Assembly (NCBI GenBank): GCA_964016885.1
Contig: OZ024745.1
Span: 20,088,001-20,152,000 of the forward strand
Length of the DNA: 64,000 nt
From: Eledone cirrhosa
Lineage: Eukaryota
Direction: 5' to 3'
Part shown: positions 1 to 13,414 of the stretch, piece by piece
Layout: the number at the start of each line of letters is the position of its first letter
Position numbering within the stretch: position 1 is the first letter of the stretch
Made by a program: the position numbers and the translations under genes
The notes under the pieces: model-generated
What the model was told of the DNA's origin: nothing
Database searches by the model: none
Seen by the model: only the letters and a program-made list of their open reading frames with translations

Positions 1-3000
1 TGGTGCTGTCATCACTGTTCTAATTATGATTGGTGCTGTCATCACTGTTCTAACTATGATTGGTGCTGTCATCACTGTTCTAATTATGATTGGTGCTGTC
101 ATCACTGTCCTAATTATGGTTGGTGCTGTCATCACTGTTCTAATTATTATTGGTGCTGTCATCACTGTTCTAACTATGATTGGTGCTGTCATCACTGTTC
201 TAATTATGATTGGTGCTGTCATCACTGTTCTAATTATGATTGGTGCTGTCATCACTGTTCTAATTATGATTGGTGCTGTCATCACTGTTCTAATTATGAT
301 TGGTGCTGTCATCACTGTCCTAATTATGGTTGGTGCTGTCATCACTGTTCTAATTATTATTGGTGCTGTCATCACTGTTCTAACTATGATTGGTGCTGTC
401 ATCACTGTTCTAATTATGATTGGTGCTGTCATCACTGTTCTAATTATGATTGGTGCTGTCATCACTGTTCTAATTATGATTGGTGCTGTCATCACTGTTC
501 TAATTATGATTGGTGCTGTCATCACTGTCCTAATTATGGTTGGTGCTGTCATCACTGTTCTAATTATTATTGGTGCTGTCATCACTGTTCTAACTATGAT
601 TGGTGCTGTCATCACTGTTCTAATTATGATTGGTGCTGTCATCACTGTTCTAACTATGATTGGTGCTGTCATCACTGTTCTAATTATGATTGGTGCTGTC
701 ATCACTGTCCTAATTATGGTTGGTGCTGTCATCACTGTTCTAATTATTATTGGTGCTGTCATCACTGTTCTAACTATGATTGGTGCTGTCATCACTGTTC
801 TAATTATGATTGGTGCTGTCATCACTGTTCTAATTATGATTGGTGCTGTCATCACTGTTCTAATTATGATTGGTGCTGTCATCACTGTTCTAATTATGAT
901 TGGTGCTGTCATCACTGTCCTAATTATGGTTGGTGCTGTCATCACTGTTCTAATTATTATTGGTGCTGTCATCACTGTTCTAACTATGATTGGTGCTGTC
1001 ATCACTGTTCTAATTATGATTGGTGCTGTCATCACTGTTCTAATTATGATTGGTGCTGTCATCACTGTTCTAATTATGATTGGTGCTGTCATCACTGTTC
1101 TAATTATGATTGGTGCTGTCATCACTGTCCTAATTATGGTTGGTGCTGTCATCACTGTTCTAATTATTATTGGTGCTGTCATCACTGTTCTAACTATGAT
1201 TGGTGCTGTCATCACTGTTCTAATTATGATTGGTGCTGTCATCACTGTTCTAACTATGATTGGTGCTGTCATCACTGTTCTAATTATGATTGGTGCTGTC
1301 ATCACTGTCCTAATTATGGTTGGTGCTGTCATCACTGTTCTAATTATTATTGGTGCTGTCATCACTGTTCTAACTATGATTGGTGCTGTCATCACTGTTC
1401 TAATTATGATTGGTGCTGTCATCACTGTTCTAATTATGATTGGTGCTGTCATCACTGTCCTAATTATGATTGGTGCTGTCATCACTGTCCTAACTATGAT
1501 TGGTGCTGTCATCACTGTTCTAATTATGATTGGTGCTGTCATCACTGTTCTAATTATGATTGGTGCTGTCATCACTGTTCTAATTATGATTGGTGCTGTC
1601 ATCACTGTTCTAATTATGATTGGTGCTGTCATCACTGTTCTAATTATGATTGGTGCTGTCATCACTGTTCTAATTATTATTGGTGCTGTCATCACTGTCC
1701 TAATTATGGTTGGTGCTGTCATCACTGTTCTAATTATGATTGGTGCTGTCATCACTGTCCTAATTATGGTTGGTGCTGTCATCACTGTTCTAATTATTAT
1801 TGGTGCTGTCATCACTGTTCTAACTATGATTGGTGCTGTCATCACTGTTCTAATTATGATTGGTGCTGTCATCACTGTTCTAATTATGATTGGTGCTGTC
1901 ATCACTGTTCTAATTATGATTGGTGCTGTCATTACTGTTCTAATTATGATTGGTGCTGTCATCACTGTTCTAATTATGATTGGTGCTGTCATCACTGTTC
2001 TAACTATGATTGGTGCTGTCATCACTGTTCTAATTATGATTGGTGCTGTCATCACTGTTCTAACTATGATTGGTGCTGTCATCACTGTTCTAATTATGAT
2101 TGGTGCTGTCATCACTGTCCTAATTATGGTTGGTGCTGTCATCACTGTTCTAATTATTATTGGTGCTGTCATCACTGTTCTAACTATGATTGGTGCTGTC
2201 ATCACTGTTCTAATTATGATTGGTGCTGTCATCACTGTTCTAATTATGATTGGTGCTGTCATCACTGTTCTAATTATGATTGGTGCTGTCATCACTGTTC
2301 TAATTATTATTGGTGCTGTCATCACTGTTCTAATTATGGTTGGTGCTGTCATCACTTTTCTAATTATTATTGGTGCTGTCATCACTGTTCTAATTATGGT
2401 TGGTGCTGTCATCACTGTTCTAATTATTATTGGTGCTGTCATCACTGTTCTAACTATGATTGGTGCTGTCATCACTGTTCTAACTATGATTGGTGCTGTC
2501 ATCACTGTTCTAACTATGATTGGTGCTGTCATCACTGTTCTAATTATGATTGGTGCTGTCATCACTGTCCTAATTATGATTGGTGCTGTCATCACTTCTA
2601 ATTATGATGGTGCTGTCATCACTGTTCTAACTATGATTGGTGCTGTCATCACTGTCCTAATTATGATTGGTGCTGTCATCACTGTCCTAATTATGATTGG
2701 TGCTGTCATCACTGTCCTAATTATGATTGGTGCTGTCATCACTGTCCTAATTATGATTGGTGCTGTCATCACTGTCCTAATTATGATTGGTGCTGTCATC
2801 ACTGTCCTAATTATGATTGGTGCTGTCATCACTGTTCTAATTATGATTGGTGCTGTCATCACTGTCCTAATTATGATTGGTGCTGTCATCACTGTTCTAA
2901 TTATGATTGGTGCTGTCATCACTGTTCTAATTATGATTGGTGCTGTCATCACTGTCCTAATTATGATTGGTGCTGTCATCACTGTTCTAACTATAATTGG

Positions 3001-4280
3001 TGCTGTCATCACTGTCCTAATTATGATTGGTGCTGTCATCACTGTTCTAACTATAATTGGTGCTGTCATCACTGTTCTAATTATGATTGGTGCTGTCATC
3101 ACTGTCCTAATTATGATTGGTGCTGTCATCACTGTTCTAACTATGATTGGTGCTGTCATCACTGTTCTAATTATGATTGGTGCTGTCATCACTGTCCTAA
3201 TTATGATTGGTGCTGTCATCACTGTCCTAATTATGATTGGTGCTGTCATCACTGTCCTAATTATGATTGGTGCTGTCATCACTGTCCTAATTATGATTGG
3301 TGCTGTCATCACTGTCCTAATTATGATTGGTGCTGTCATCACTGTCCTAATTATGATTGGTGCTGTCATCACTGTTCTAATTATGATTGGTGCTGTCATC
3401 ACTGTCCTAATTATGATTGGTGCTGTCATCACTGTTCTAATTATGATTGGTGCTGTCATCACTGTCCTAATTATGATTGGTGCTGTCATCACTGTTCTAA
3501 TTATTATTGGTGCTGTCATCACTGTTCTAATTATGATGGTGCTGTCATCACTTCTAATTATGATGGTGATGTCATCACTGTTCTAATTATGATGGTGCTG
3601 TCATCACTGTTCTAATTATGATTGGTGCTGTCATCACTGTTCTAATTATGATTGGTGCTGTTATCGCTGTTCTAATTATGATTGGTGCTGTCATCGCTGT
3701 CCTAATTATGATTGGTGCTGTCATCATTGTTCTAATTATGATTGGTGCTGTCATCGCTGTTCTAATTATGATGGTGATGTCATCACTGTTCTAATTATGA
3801 TTGGTGCTGTCATCACTGTTCTAATTATGATTGGTGCTGTCATCACTGTTCTAATTATGATTGGTGCTGTCATCACTGTTCTAATTATGATTGGTGCTGT
3901 CATCACTGTTCTAATTATGATTGGTGCTGTCATCACTGTTCTAATTATGATTGGTGCTGTCATCACTGTTCTAATTATGATTGGTGCTGTCATCACTGTC
4001 CTAATTATGATTGGTGCTGTCATCACTGTTCTAATTATGATTGGTGCTGTCATCACTGTCCTAATTATGATTGGTGCTGTCATCACTGTCCTAATTATGA
4101 TTGGTGCTGTCATCACTGTCCTAATTATGATTGGTGCTGTCATCACTGTCCTAATTATGATTGGTGCTGTCATCACTGTTCTAATTATGATGCTGCTGTC
4201 ATCACTGTCCTAATTATGATTGGTGCTGTCATCACTGTTCTAATTATGATGCTGCTGTCATCACTGCTCTAATTATGATT
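1..4280. repeat. 30-bp minisatellite, about 143 units (TGGTGCTGTCATCACTGTTCTAATTATGAT); begins before the window
   Basis: Direct tandem periodicity of 30 bp with point variants; 1-600 is repeated exactly at 601-1200 and partly again. Confidence 0.99.
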
Positions 4281-4486
4281 TCACATCTTAGCACAAAGCA
4301 TGTGATTTGTGAGGAGGGGATGGGGGAATTTAGATTATATCAACACCAGTATTTCACTAGTACTTCAACCTGGAAGGATGAAAAGCAAAGTTGACCTTGA
4401 CCAAAGTTTGAACTCACAATGTAAACAGAAAAATTGCTGCAAAATATTTTATCTGATTCTCTAATGGTTCTTCCAATCCACTGTCC
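4273..4486 (-). mobile_element. tRNA-derived SINE, family A (degenerate copy)
   Basis: Shares core with other copies (GGATGAAAAGCAAAGTTGACCTTG..TTTGAACTCA) and ends in CCAATCCAC; flanked by a TSD-like pair at 4258-4272 / 4487-4501. Confidence 0.7.
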
Positions 4487-4506
4487 TCATTACTGTTCTA
4501 AGAAAC

Positions 4507-4978
4507 AATTGTTTCTACTTTAGGCACAAGGCCAGCAATTAACCAGTGCATTACTGGTGCTTTATTTTAAGTTAACCTCGGCGGGATTTGAACTCAGACC
4601 ATAAAGGGTCGTAACTCTGTGCCACTCCACAGGTAGCAAGTTTAGATAGCTTCTCCTAATCCTCAAGACATCCTGGCTACCATTAGTCACCATGGGGAAG
4701 ATTTATAACACCTGTGGAGAGAAGTATGTTGTTTCATGCCACCGAGATCTGGGCCATAAAAATAATGGTTTCTGATTGAAGCACAAGGCCAACAATTTTG
4801 AGGGGAGGGGAAAGTCGATCAAATCGAACCCAGCGCATTACTGGTGCTTTATTTTATCGACCCATATAAGGATGAAAGGCAAAGCTAACCTTGATGAGAT
4901 TTGAATTTAGAATGTAAAGGGACGTAACTATATGCCACATAGCATGTTGTGTGACATTCTACCAATATTGCCACCCCA
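4507..4978 (-). mobile_element. Two further family A SINE copies (about 4507-4630 and 4761-4978)
   Basis: GCACAAGGCC..GCATTACTGGTGCTTTATTTT..AACCTCGGCGGGATTTGAACTCAG motifs, matching 14121-14305. Confidence 0.75.
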
Positions 4979-7016
4979 TTACCTCCTTGTTTCAGTTAAT
5001 AACAACAATATGTAGTAGTTCTGTCTAACAAAATGCGATGTAACATTAACTGATACAGAGAACTTTTTAGTCCAGATAACCTCTTTAGTACTTACAGCAC
5101 AATAAAATACCACCCAATCGAAGCTGTAAAGGGATTGTAAGGGATAGAAAGGGCATCTAGTCAAGAAGCTATGACATACACACTAACAAAGGTGGTCAGT
5201 TTTCTCAGTTACTTTTTGTGCCATTTGATGAAAGATTGGCTCAAGTAACAAAACAATGATACACTTCCAACTTATAGAAAAATACACAGAAAATCAAGAT
5301 ATTTATTTATTGATTTTATATTATTATTTATTTATTTCATTTTATTTTATTATTTTTTTTATTGAACCTTAAGTCCATATGTAATGTAACTTCTGTGAAA
5401 TGATAAGCCAACCAATGTATTCAATAAAAATGCTCTTCTGCTTATGGTGTTTTTCTGATTAGGACTCCATTGATTCATATTGTGTCCCTCATTAGCTATT
5501 TTGTTAAGAAAATGTCATACAAATTCTGTTGAGAGCAATCAGTGCACATGTAAATGTAATGTGAATACATGTGTGTGTGTGTGCATGCTCATACACACTC
5601 CCTTCCCCCTCTCAAGAAGTTGCTGTATGTACAAAAGTACATAGAACTATACCAAATATTAGATAAGCGAGCATTCAACATATATAAGCAGAGGAAATGT
5701 CTACCCCCACCCCAACCCTTGCACTAAAACGCTGGCGATGACTTTGAAGTTTCAGCTTTCACTTTGCCTCATCAAACAAAAAGATGATCTGCAAAGTCGA
5801 AGACTTTGATGCCATTGCTTCATTTTCCTTGTATATATATATATACACACACACGCTGCATATACTCGAACATACCCCCCCCCCCCCCGTTTATGCCTGA
5901 GAAATGGCCAAAAAAGTCACCTCAGGCCAGATACATAGTCAGAATTCTTGTAACAGTGGATTCTTCTTAAGGCACCTAAAGACAAGAATGGCTCCTCCGA
6001 TAGTTTCTGTTTACTAAATTTTATCCACAAGATTTAGTCAACTTGAAGCGATGTTAGAAAATATTTGCAAAAGGCAGTGTCACACATTTGTATGGAAGCT
6101 GAAATGATGTAGTTACAAAGTGAACTTCTTAACAATGCTGCCATGTCTCTTGGTGGACACTACTGAAAACTTTAGTGTTTATATATTGAATCTAATCCCT
6201 TGGAGTTTATCTTTTCCAAACTATATCCTTGAGACAATTTTAACACAGTTTTGCAACAATACATACATGCTCAATCATATATTTCTATCACTACCTAGAA
6301 ATAGGTGGCTTAGTGGTTAAATAATTAGATTCACAATTGTGAGGTTGCAAGTTTGATTCCTGGACTTTTATTTCATGTTGCTCTTGCAACTAGTAGATGG
6401 TATCAGCAATAGAAAGACAAATGAAAACTTTGTTTCCTTGCTCCAAATAGATGAGTATGTGAATGAGGTCTGGGATATTGCTGACCGATTCAATCGACTT
6501 ATAATTATGTGATTGGCGCCACTTCATAATATTTATTTTAAACTAGACAGACTAACCCAATAAGGGCTTAACTTCTTTTTATGTGCTTTATTCTATTATT
6601 CTTGAAATTTACTGATAGTTCAAATGATAATTACTCAATTATTATTTTATTTTAAATTCCAGATTGATGTTTATTGTTGATATGAGATTAGTACAGTTAG
6701 GAGATGCCTTTGGTTCTTTCTCTCTAATTTCTTTCAATTGTTTTAATTGATTTTTCTAAATTAATGATTAAACAACACAGTCTTGTATGTTGAGTGTATA
6801 TTTAAATATCAACAGAGATGTGTTGTTAAACATTATTACACTTAATCGATTTCAATACAAACCCGTCTGTGATTGCCAAAGGTTCTATGATACAAAACCA
6901 TTGATTTTGATATTGGTTCAACCCTCGCCAGCAGGGAAAATGGGCATTAAATTATGATGATAATGATTATGATAATGTTTCTATTTAAATCAAAATATTC
7001 CCCATAATTTTGTTGA

Positions 7017-7320
7017 GTTAAAACTTAGTATCTAGAGTTATTCACAGGTGTATCACTTAAAACTTAGTATCTAGAGTTAGTCACAGGTGTATCACTTAAA
7101 ATTTAGTATCTAGAGTTAGTCCCAGGTGTATCACTTAAAATTTAGTATCTAGAATTAGTCACAGGTGTATCACTTAAAACTTAGTATCTAGAGTTAGTCA
7201 CATCACAGGTGTATCACTTAAAACTTAGTATCTAGAGTTAGTCACAGGTGTATCACTAAAATTTAGTATCTAGTGTTAGTCACAGGTGTATCACTTAAAA
7301 CTTAGTGTTTTGTGTTAGTT
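7017..7320. repeat. 39-bp tandem repeat, about 7.7 copies
   Basis: Unit CACTTAAAACTTAGTATCTAGAGTTAGTCACAGGTGTAT; period 7021 to 7060. Confidence 0.95.
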
Positions 7321-7407
7321 GATTTAGCAGAGCCCATTTCTTTTCTCATATATTTATTATAGAAGCTAATTTTACTGTGTTGTTTCTTACCGCAGTGAAC
7401 TGTTTCT

Positions 7408-7668
7408 ATGCTGAAGCATGGAACAAACTACCTGCATCAGTTATTAGCTGTTGAAACACTGCATCCTTTAAAACCTCCATGCCTCCTGAGATTCACCAAC
7501 ACTACACCTAATATTCCCCCTCCATACACATACACACATGTATATCATGACTCATACACTATTCACTTCCCTGACATTTGTATATTATTCTATGTCCTAT
7601 ACATGCACCTTTGACAAGTTGTAGTGCAGCTGAGCACTTTACACAATAATTTCATTATTATTATTATC
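7408..7668 (+). mobile_element. 3' end fragment of a CR1/L2-type LINE
   Basis: Encodes the ..AWNKLP.. ORF2 C-terminal motif and an (ATT)n tail; same family as 33380-33885 and 33975-34317. Confidence 0.7.
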
Positions 7669-8309
7669 ACAGCTATGTTGATTGGGTCATCTCATGATAG
7701 AACTGATGCTTATTGTATACCTTTGTGTAAAATAGTATTTGAGTATAATGTGACTCCTCTTTCTTGCAATCTAGAAATTCAGCCAATCATCATTGTCAGT
7801 ATTTTTACATCTGTTTTTCAATGCTTGCCCATGCATTGGATGTGTAATTTTCAGTGCAGCATCTCTCCACTTTCCGTATTCCCTCGTCATCTCTGTTAGT
7901 CTTAGTGACTTGAGATCAGCTCTTACCACCTCTGCCCAGGTCTTCCCTTGTCTATGTAAAAGTTTTTGTAAAACTGTACCATATCCATCAAAATCTCAGT
8001 CTCACACATATATTTCACTACAGTACATACTCTCTAATGATGTTAAACAATGTAAAACAATCAGATCATCATTATCATCATCATTGTTTAACGTCTATCT
8101 TCCCCACTAACATGAGTTAGACATTCAGTATTTTGTGTAGAAGTGGTCTTATCCTACTTCTAATTTCAAAAGTCTTGGGGTCGTTGAGAAATATGTTAAC
8201 TTGACATAATGTATTTCTAGTAATTTTCTTTCAATCACTATTGAAGTATTTCAGGAGTAAATGTAACCTGTGAAAAGTCTCAATAGTTAAGGTATTATTA
8301 TTTGGCAAT

Positions 8310-8500
8310 AATTGGTAGAGAGTTGGACAACATGCTTTGCAGCATATAGTTACAGCCCTTTATGTTCTGAGTTCAAATCCTGCTGAGGTTAACTTTGGCT
8401 GTCATCTCTACAGTGTTTATAAAATAAAGTACCAGTAATGCACTAGTGTTGATTTAATTGACTTTTGTTGGTCTTGTGTTTAAATCAGAAACCATTATTT
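8310..8500 (+). mobile_element. tRNA-derived SINE, family A
   Basis: B-box-like GAGTTCAAATCC followed by GAGGTTAACTTTG..ATAAAATAAAGTACCAGTAATGCAC. Confidence 0.75.
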
Positions 8501-8657
8501 TATTGTCTATTGAAGTATTTTAATTTTTATTTTCATTTCCTTTAGAGATATTAAATTGTATATCTAATTAAAACATCAGATATAATTAGCTATTAATCTA
8601 TGTAATGTTTAACAAATTTATATAATTGCATTGATTCTCATGTCTGCTGTTTTTCAG

Positions 8658-8828
8658 AACAAAGTCGGAGGGACGACTTAGAAGCATTAGGCCATATGTT
8701 TATGTACTTTTTAAGAGGCAGTCTGCCTTGGCAAGGACTTAAAGCAGAAACATTGAAAGAACGATACCAAAGAATTGGAGATACTAAGCGAGCAACATCT
8801 ATTGAAATTTTATGTGAAAATTTTCCAG
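8658..8828 (+). CDS. CSNK1G: Casein kinase I gamma, internal coding exon (kinase subdomains IX-X)
   Basis: ttttcag|...|gtaaca; translates [57 protein letters not shown](E), a CK1-gamma/gish signature; 171 nt, phase 1-1. Confidence 0.98.
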
Positions 8829-9370
8829 GTAACAAAACTTTCCTGTATTATTTCCCCTTCCCCTATACTTTCTGATGATGTTCAATATATTTCAATAATT
8901 GCCACTTTTAATTATATTCTAAGCAATCTCTGAAACTTTCCCCTATAGATTTATATTTATTGATATTTATGATAAAGTTTGCAATATTTTTTATCTTTTA
9001 TATTATTTTCTAATATTGTCTTCATTAAGGAATGGTATATAATTAAGTTATTTCTTTTCAGTATATCAAAGAAATATCGAAATTATTTTGAAATTACTAA
9101 CTTTTGCTGTTTATGAAGTGATCATAATCTGGATTGTTTTTTGTTTCAATCTCATTAAGTTGCATTTAAGAGTAGCTGGCCGGATAATTTAATTGCTAGA
9201 GTTTATTTTAAAATATTTCAAAATACCTATTTAGTTATCAATAAAGTTTATTATGATAAACTTTATTTAATTCAATGTCTTTTTACTGAAATTCATTAAT
9301 ATTGTTTTCGCTAGCTTTCACTTAAAGGCCTGTGGTATTTACTAGAAATGCTTAATAATTAGTATTTTAA

Positions 9371-9603
9371 CCCTTTCATCACCACATTTCTGATTGAATA
9401 TATTGTATTTCAATTAATTATTGAAGAGTTTTGAGGGATTTACTAAAATTATTAATTATTTCATTACTAAGATAGTAACTTAATGTAAGGTTCTTATATA
9501 AAAATTATGTTATAAAATTTTAATTTCAATCGGAAATGTTTAAAATGAGTGGCTTTATTTCATAGAAGCAGAGTTGGTTTTAGCTGGGTTGGTAACTAAA
9601 GGA
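9371..9603. mobile_element. piggyBac-like MITE
   Basis: TTAA|CCCTTT ... AAAGGA|TTAA ends; related in reverse orientation to 16752-16968 and 41001-41178. Confidence 0.65.
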
Positions 9604-9812
9604 TTAATGCTGAAAATGAGTTGAAGGTTTCTGGTAGAAGAATTTATTTATTATTAACTTCTAATTTAATTCTTGTCATCTTTGAAATTTAAAATTGTTT
9701 TATAGTAACTTCTTTATTGGTTGATTACCAATTAATTAAATAATTGATACTCAGATTATCTATAATGTTTTGTATTGGGATAAGAAAATGTATATTGTAA
9801 TAAATATATTAT

Positions 9813-12800
9813 CATCATCATCAGGTCGAGGTTGCTCGGCTTTCTACGACACGTTTCCTCCATCCATCTCTGTCTCTCATAGCGTTTGCCAGTTCTTCCG
9901 CAGTGCGTCCAGTATCGTCCTCAAGTTGCTTGACGTATGTCTTCTTGGGACGACCAGCGCTTCTTGCTCCATGAGATGGACTCCACAACAACACATCACC
10001 TGCTATTTCTTCCTTGCTGCGCCAACAGTGGCCAGCAAATCTGAGTATCTGTCCAATTATTGACCTGCTGATAGGTGGTATATTGCCATAGAGATCCTTA
10101 TTTGTTGGGTGTTCCCTCCAAGACACGTTTAAAGCAGCGCGGAGCATACGTGTGTATGCCCCATCTAGCTTTTTCTCTAGTTTCGACGTTAGCGTCCAAG
10201 TGATAGAGCCATAAACAAGCACAGATTCCACAGCAGCTCTGAAGAAACTCCGTTTCAGTTTGGTCGGCAGGTTTGATTTCCATATCTTTTCCATTGCATT
10301 CAATGCTCCCCAGGCTTTTCCCAGTCTGATGTTAACATCATGTTCTGTGGAGGCGATATAGCTACCCTGGTATTTGAAGTCGTCAACTTACTTGATTTTA
10401 TCGCCGTTTAGACTTCGCATACCAACTGAGGAGTCTTGGTTCAGGCAAATATATTCTGTTTTGCCTGCGTTGACATAGAGTCCAATTTCCTTTGCAACTG
10501 ATTTGATGCTGTGAAGTAGTGATGTTGCATCCTTAAGGTAGTCAGCAAGGACTGCTAAATCATCCGCATAGTCAGCATCGGTGATTTTCTGAGCTGCATG
10601 GCGTCTACACTTTCGCTTTGTGAGAGTGAAACCAAGCTCTAAGTTTTCGTTCAGATCTTTTCTCAATACATAGTTGAGGCAGATGATAAAAATATATGGT
10701 GCAAGAGTACCCCCTTGGAGTACTCCTGCAATGATGTCAAAGAAGTTGGTATCTCCATCAGGTGAGCGCACCATTGCGCGGGTGATTTTATAAAACATCA
10801 TGATGGCATTTACTGTTTCCTTTGGCAAGCCGTAGGCTAGAAGTATCTCTCTCATCCTCCCACGATGGGTGGAATCGAATGCTTTTGAAAAGTCAATAAA
10901 CAGGAGAGTTGCTGGGAGGTTTTTGGCTTTTACGCCTTCCAAGATACGCCGAATTGTAAGTATTTGCCCTGATGTTGATCTGTTGGTGCGGAAGCCATTT
11001 TGGTTTTTTCTCAGCAAGGGGTCAATGACAGGTCTTATTCTGTCAAACAGCATGAGATTGTATATCTTTGTGGCAATTGCCATTAGTGTTATGCCACGGT
11101 AGTTTTTAGCCATGCCAAGATCGCCCTTTTTGGGAAAAGGGAGTATACATCCCTCAGTCCATTTGTCTATGGGGTCTTGATTATAGACACCATTACACAA
11201 CTCTAGTAGGATTGGGTGAAATTCAAGTACCTTCCACACTTCAGCTGGGATCTCGTCGAGTGCGCACGCTTTTCTGTTACTAATACTTTTCTCTGCCTTC
11301 TGTAGTTCCTCCATAGTGAAAGGACCTTTCTGTAAAAACGGGTATTATTTCTTCTTCGATGATCTGTGGTGCTTTTCCAAGTAGGTTCTGAAAATGTTGT
11401 TGCCACAGTTTTAAACATTCGTCTTGGCTGGAGGCTTTCAGTTTGGCTCTGTCACTACTTTTTCTGCCACTAATTTTATTGACAGTTTTCCAGACTTCAG
11501 CAGACCTCTTATTGCTCACAGTACTCGAGATATGATTGATCTTTCTCTGCATGTATTCGGCTTGCTCAATTTCATATTCACTTTTCAGTGCTGTACAAGC
11601 AGCACTGAAGTTACTAATGTTTTCTGGAGATCGTTGAGTGTCTTTCAATTCTGCAGCTTTTCGCAACTCTTTGCGCTTTTGGCGTATCCTCTCTGCTTCC
11701 CAGGGTTTTTGTTTTTTAACCTTGGGTTTTAAAGGGATGGTGTCGGCCGCTGCCTCTTTGAATGCCATTTGAAAGTGGTTAAATGTAGAATTTGACGATT
11801 TTGCTGGTGCAGAGTCTTGTAGGGCAGCAAATCGGTTGCTCAGTTGGGTTACAAAGGTTTTGTAAGTCTCAGGATTGGTATTCAGAACTGCCCAGTTGTA
11901 AGGAGTAGCACTTGCAGATTGCTTTTTATCTACTCGGAGACCTAATCATATCTTGGCCGAGACAATGCGATGATCCGAGTCAACACTAACAAATGAGTCA
12001 TATGCTCTGCAGTTTTTTGCGCTGTTCTTCCATTTTCGATTGATTATGATATAATCCAGTTGTGTCTTGTTGCCATTTGGAGATTTGTGTGTCCACCGCT
12101 GGCCTGGTCTTTTTTGGAGTATGGCGTTGAGACATCGTAAATTGTTCTCACACAAGTAATCTTTTAGCATACAACCGTTTCTATTGGTTTGTGAGTGGTG
12201 TGAGAATTTGAATCCATCAAGCTGTCCAAGACGTGCGTTGAAGTCTCCGCCAATGATGAGAACATTATGTTTCGGGATTTGTCTGGTGAGTGATGTTAGT
12301 TCCATGTAAAACCTCTCTACTTCGGCCATGTCACATACATTTGTTGGACTATAGCAAGAGATTACAGTTGTTTTAGGATTCCCGTTAAACATAACTATCA
12401 TTATCCTTGATGTTATCATTTCAACACTCGCAAGCGCATCATAGGCTCGCGGGCTGAAAAGCATTCCAACTCCACCATTTGCTGCATTTGTGTTGTTTTT
12501 CCAAGCTGAGCAGGTTATCAGCCTCCAATTGCCAAATATTTGCTCCTTTGTTACAAGCTCTTCATGTATGAGCCGGTGCTCCTGAAAACAGATAACATCA
12601 TGGTTGGTCGCCCCTGCTGAAGCAACAGTTCAGGGATTTTATGGTATTTCTGGAGTGTTTGAACATTGAGTGTACCAGCAAAGATGTCTTTCTTTCCGTG
12701 TACAAGTCGGGTTGGTTGTTTTCTCCGTGTATGTTTCCCAGTATCTGATTTTTCGACTGCAATCTGGGAATCCGTTGCAGGACATGCACCTTGTTTAACC

Positions 12801-13330
12801 GCGCGACGAGCACTGCGGGATGAACATCAAAGGATTTGTGTCACATTTAGCTTTCAATAGCTGGATATAACTTGCGGTCACTACTCCATACAAGTGAAAG
12901 CAATACTCTGTATTAGAGCGGTTGTGCCTCACCGAAACATCCAACAATAGTTGATATGATCGCCTTGCCACTTGTAGTATGAACCAAATTCACAGTTACT
13001 TGAGCATTGCCTTATCTATTGATACAACATCCTGCTTACCAATGTCGTCGTTTAACCCAGTCAGGATTGGTTTGACAGATTGCCTATCAAGGCCAAAGAG
13101 CTCTGTCCGCCCCGGCTTTGAAATCAGAGTGGTCCCTCTCCTAGACAGATTGCCGACCAAGGCTACCGAATATATACACTATATACACATTTACACAATT
13201 TTTGGACTAAACCGGCAACCCCATCAAGTTTACTTGGTGAGGAAGGTGATTTTGGACATCCTGCAGGACAAAAACAAAACCTGACAAAGGGCGGAAGGAC
13301 TCATAAGAGTCAACGGCCATCCAAAAATTG
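9813..13330 (-). mobile_element. Near full-length RTE-type non-LTR retrotransposon (about 3.5 kb), decayed
   Basis: APE endonuclease (GDFN, SDH), RT (QNGFR, FIDFSKAFD, YADD) and RTE C-terminus (LRFAGHCWR..GRPKKTY); (TGA)n tail; 17-bp TSD TGTAA(T/A)AAATATATTAT at 9796-9812 and 13331-13347. Confidence 0.93.
9821..12700 (-). pseudogene. Frameshifted and stop-interrupted APE+RT ORF of the RTE element
   Basis: ORF pieces 11946-12464, 11280-11768, 10388-11314 and 9821-10303 are collinear parts of one polyprotein; the 5' limit is approximate. Confidence 0.9.
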
Positions 13331-13414
13331 TGTAAAAAATATATTATGATAATTGCTTATTTATCACAATTCTGAAGCTATTGAGAGTTGATGACAAAAT
13401 TTAGCTGGCTTTAC

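Noticed and set aside
26-4213. 1186-aa and other long ORFs (MIGAVITVLI)n / (MTAPIIIRTV)n
   Set aside because: By-product of a stop-free 30-bp unit; open on both strands, no unique sequence, broken by indels, and apparently intronic.
8638-8835. Minus-strand 65-aa ORF
   Set aside because: Antisense shadow of the CK1-gamma exon.
13200-13330. HDV-like ribozyme at the RTE 5' end
   Set aside because: Could not assign P1/P2/P3/P1.1 pairings by eye; kept only as a generic structured UTR.
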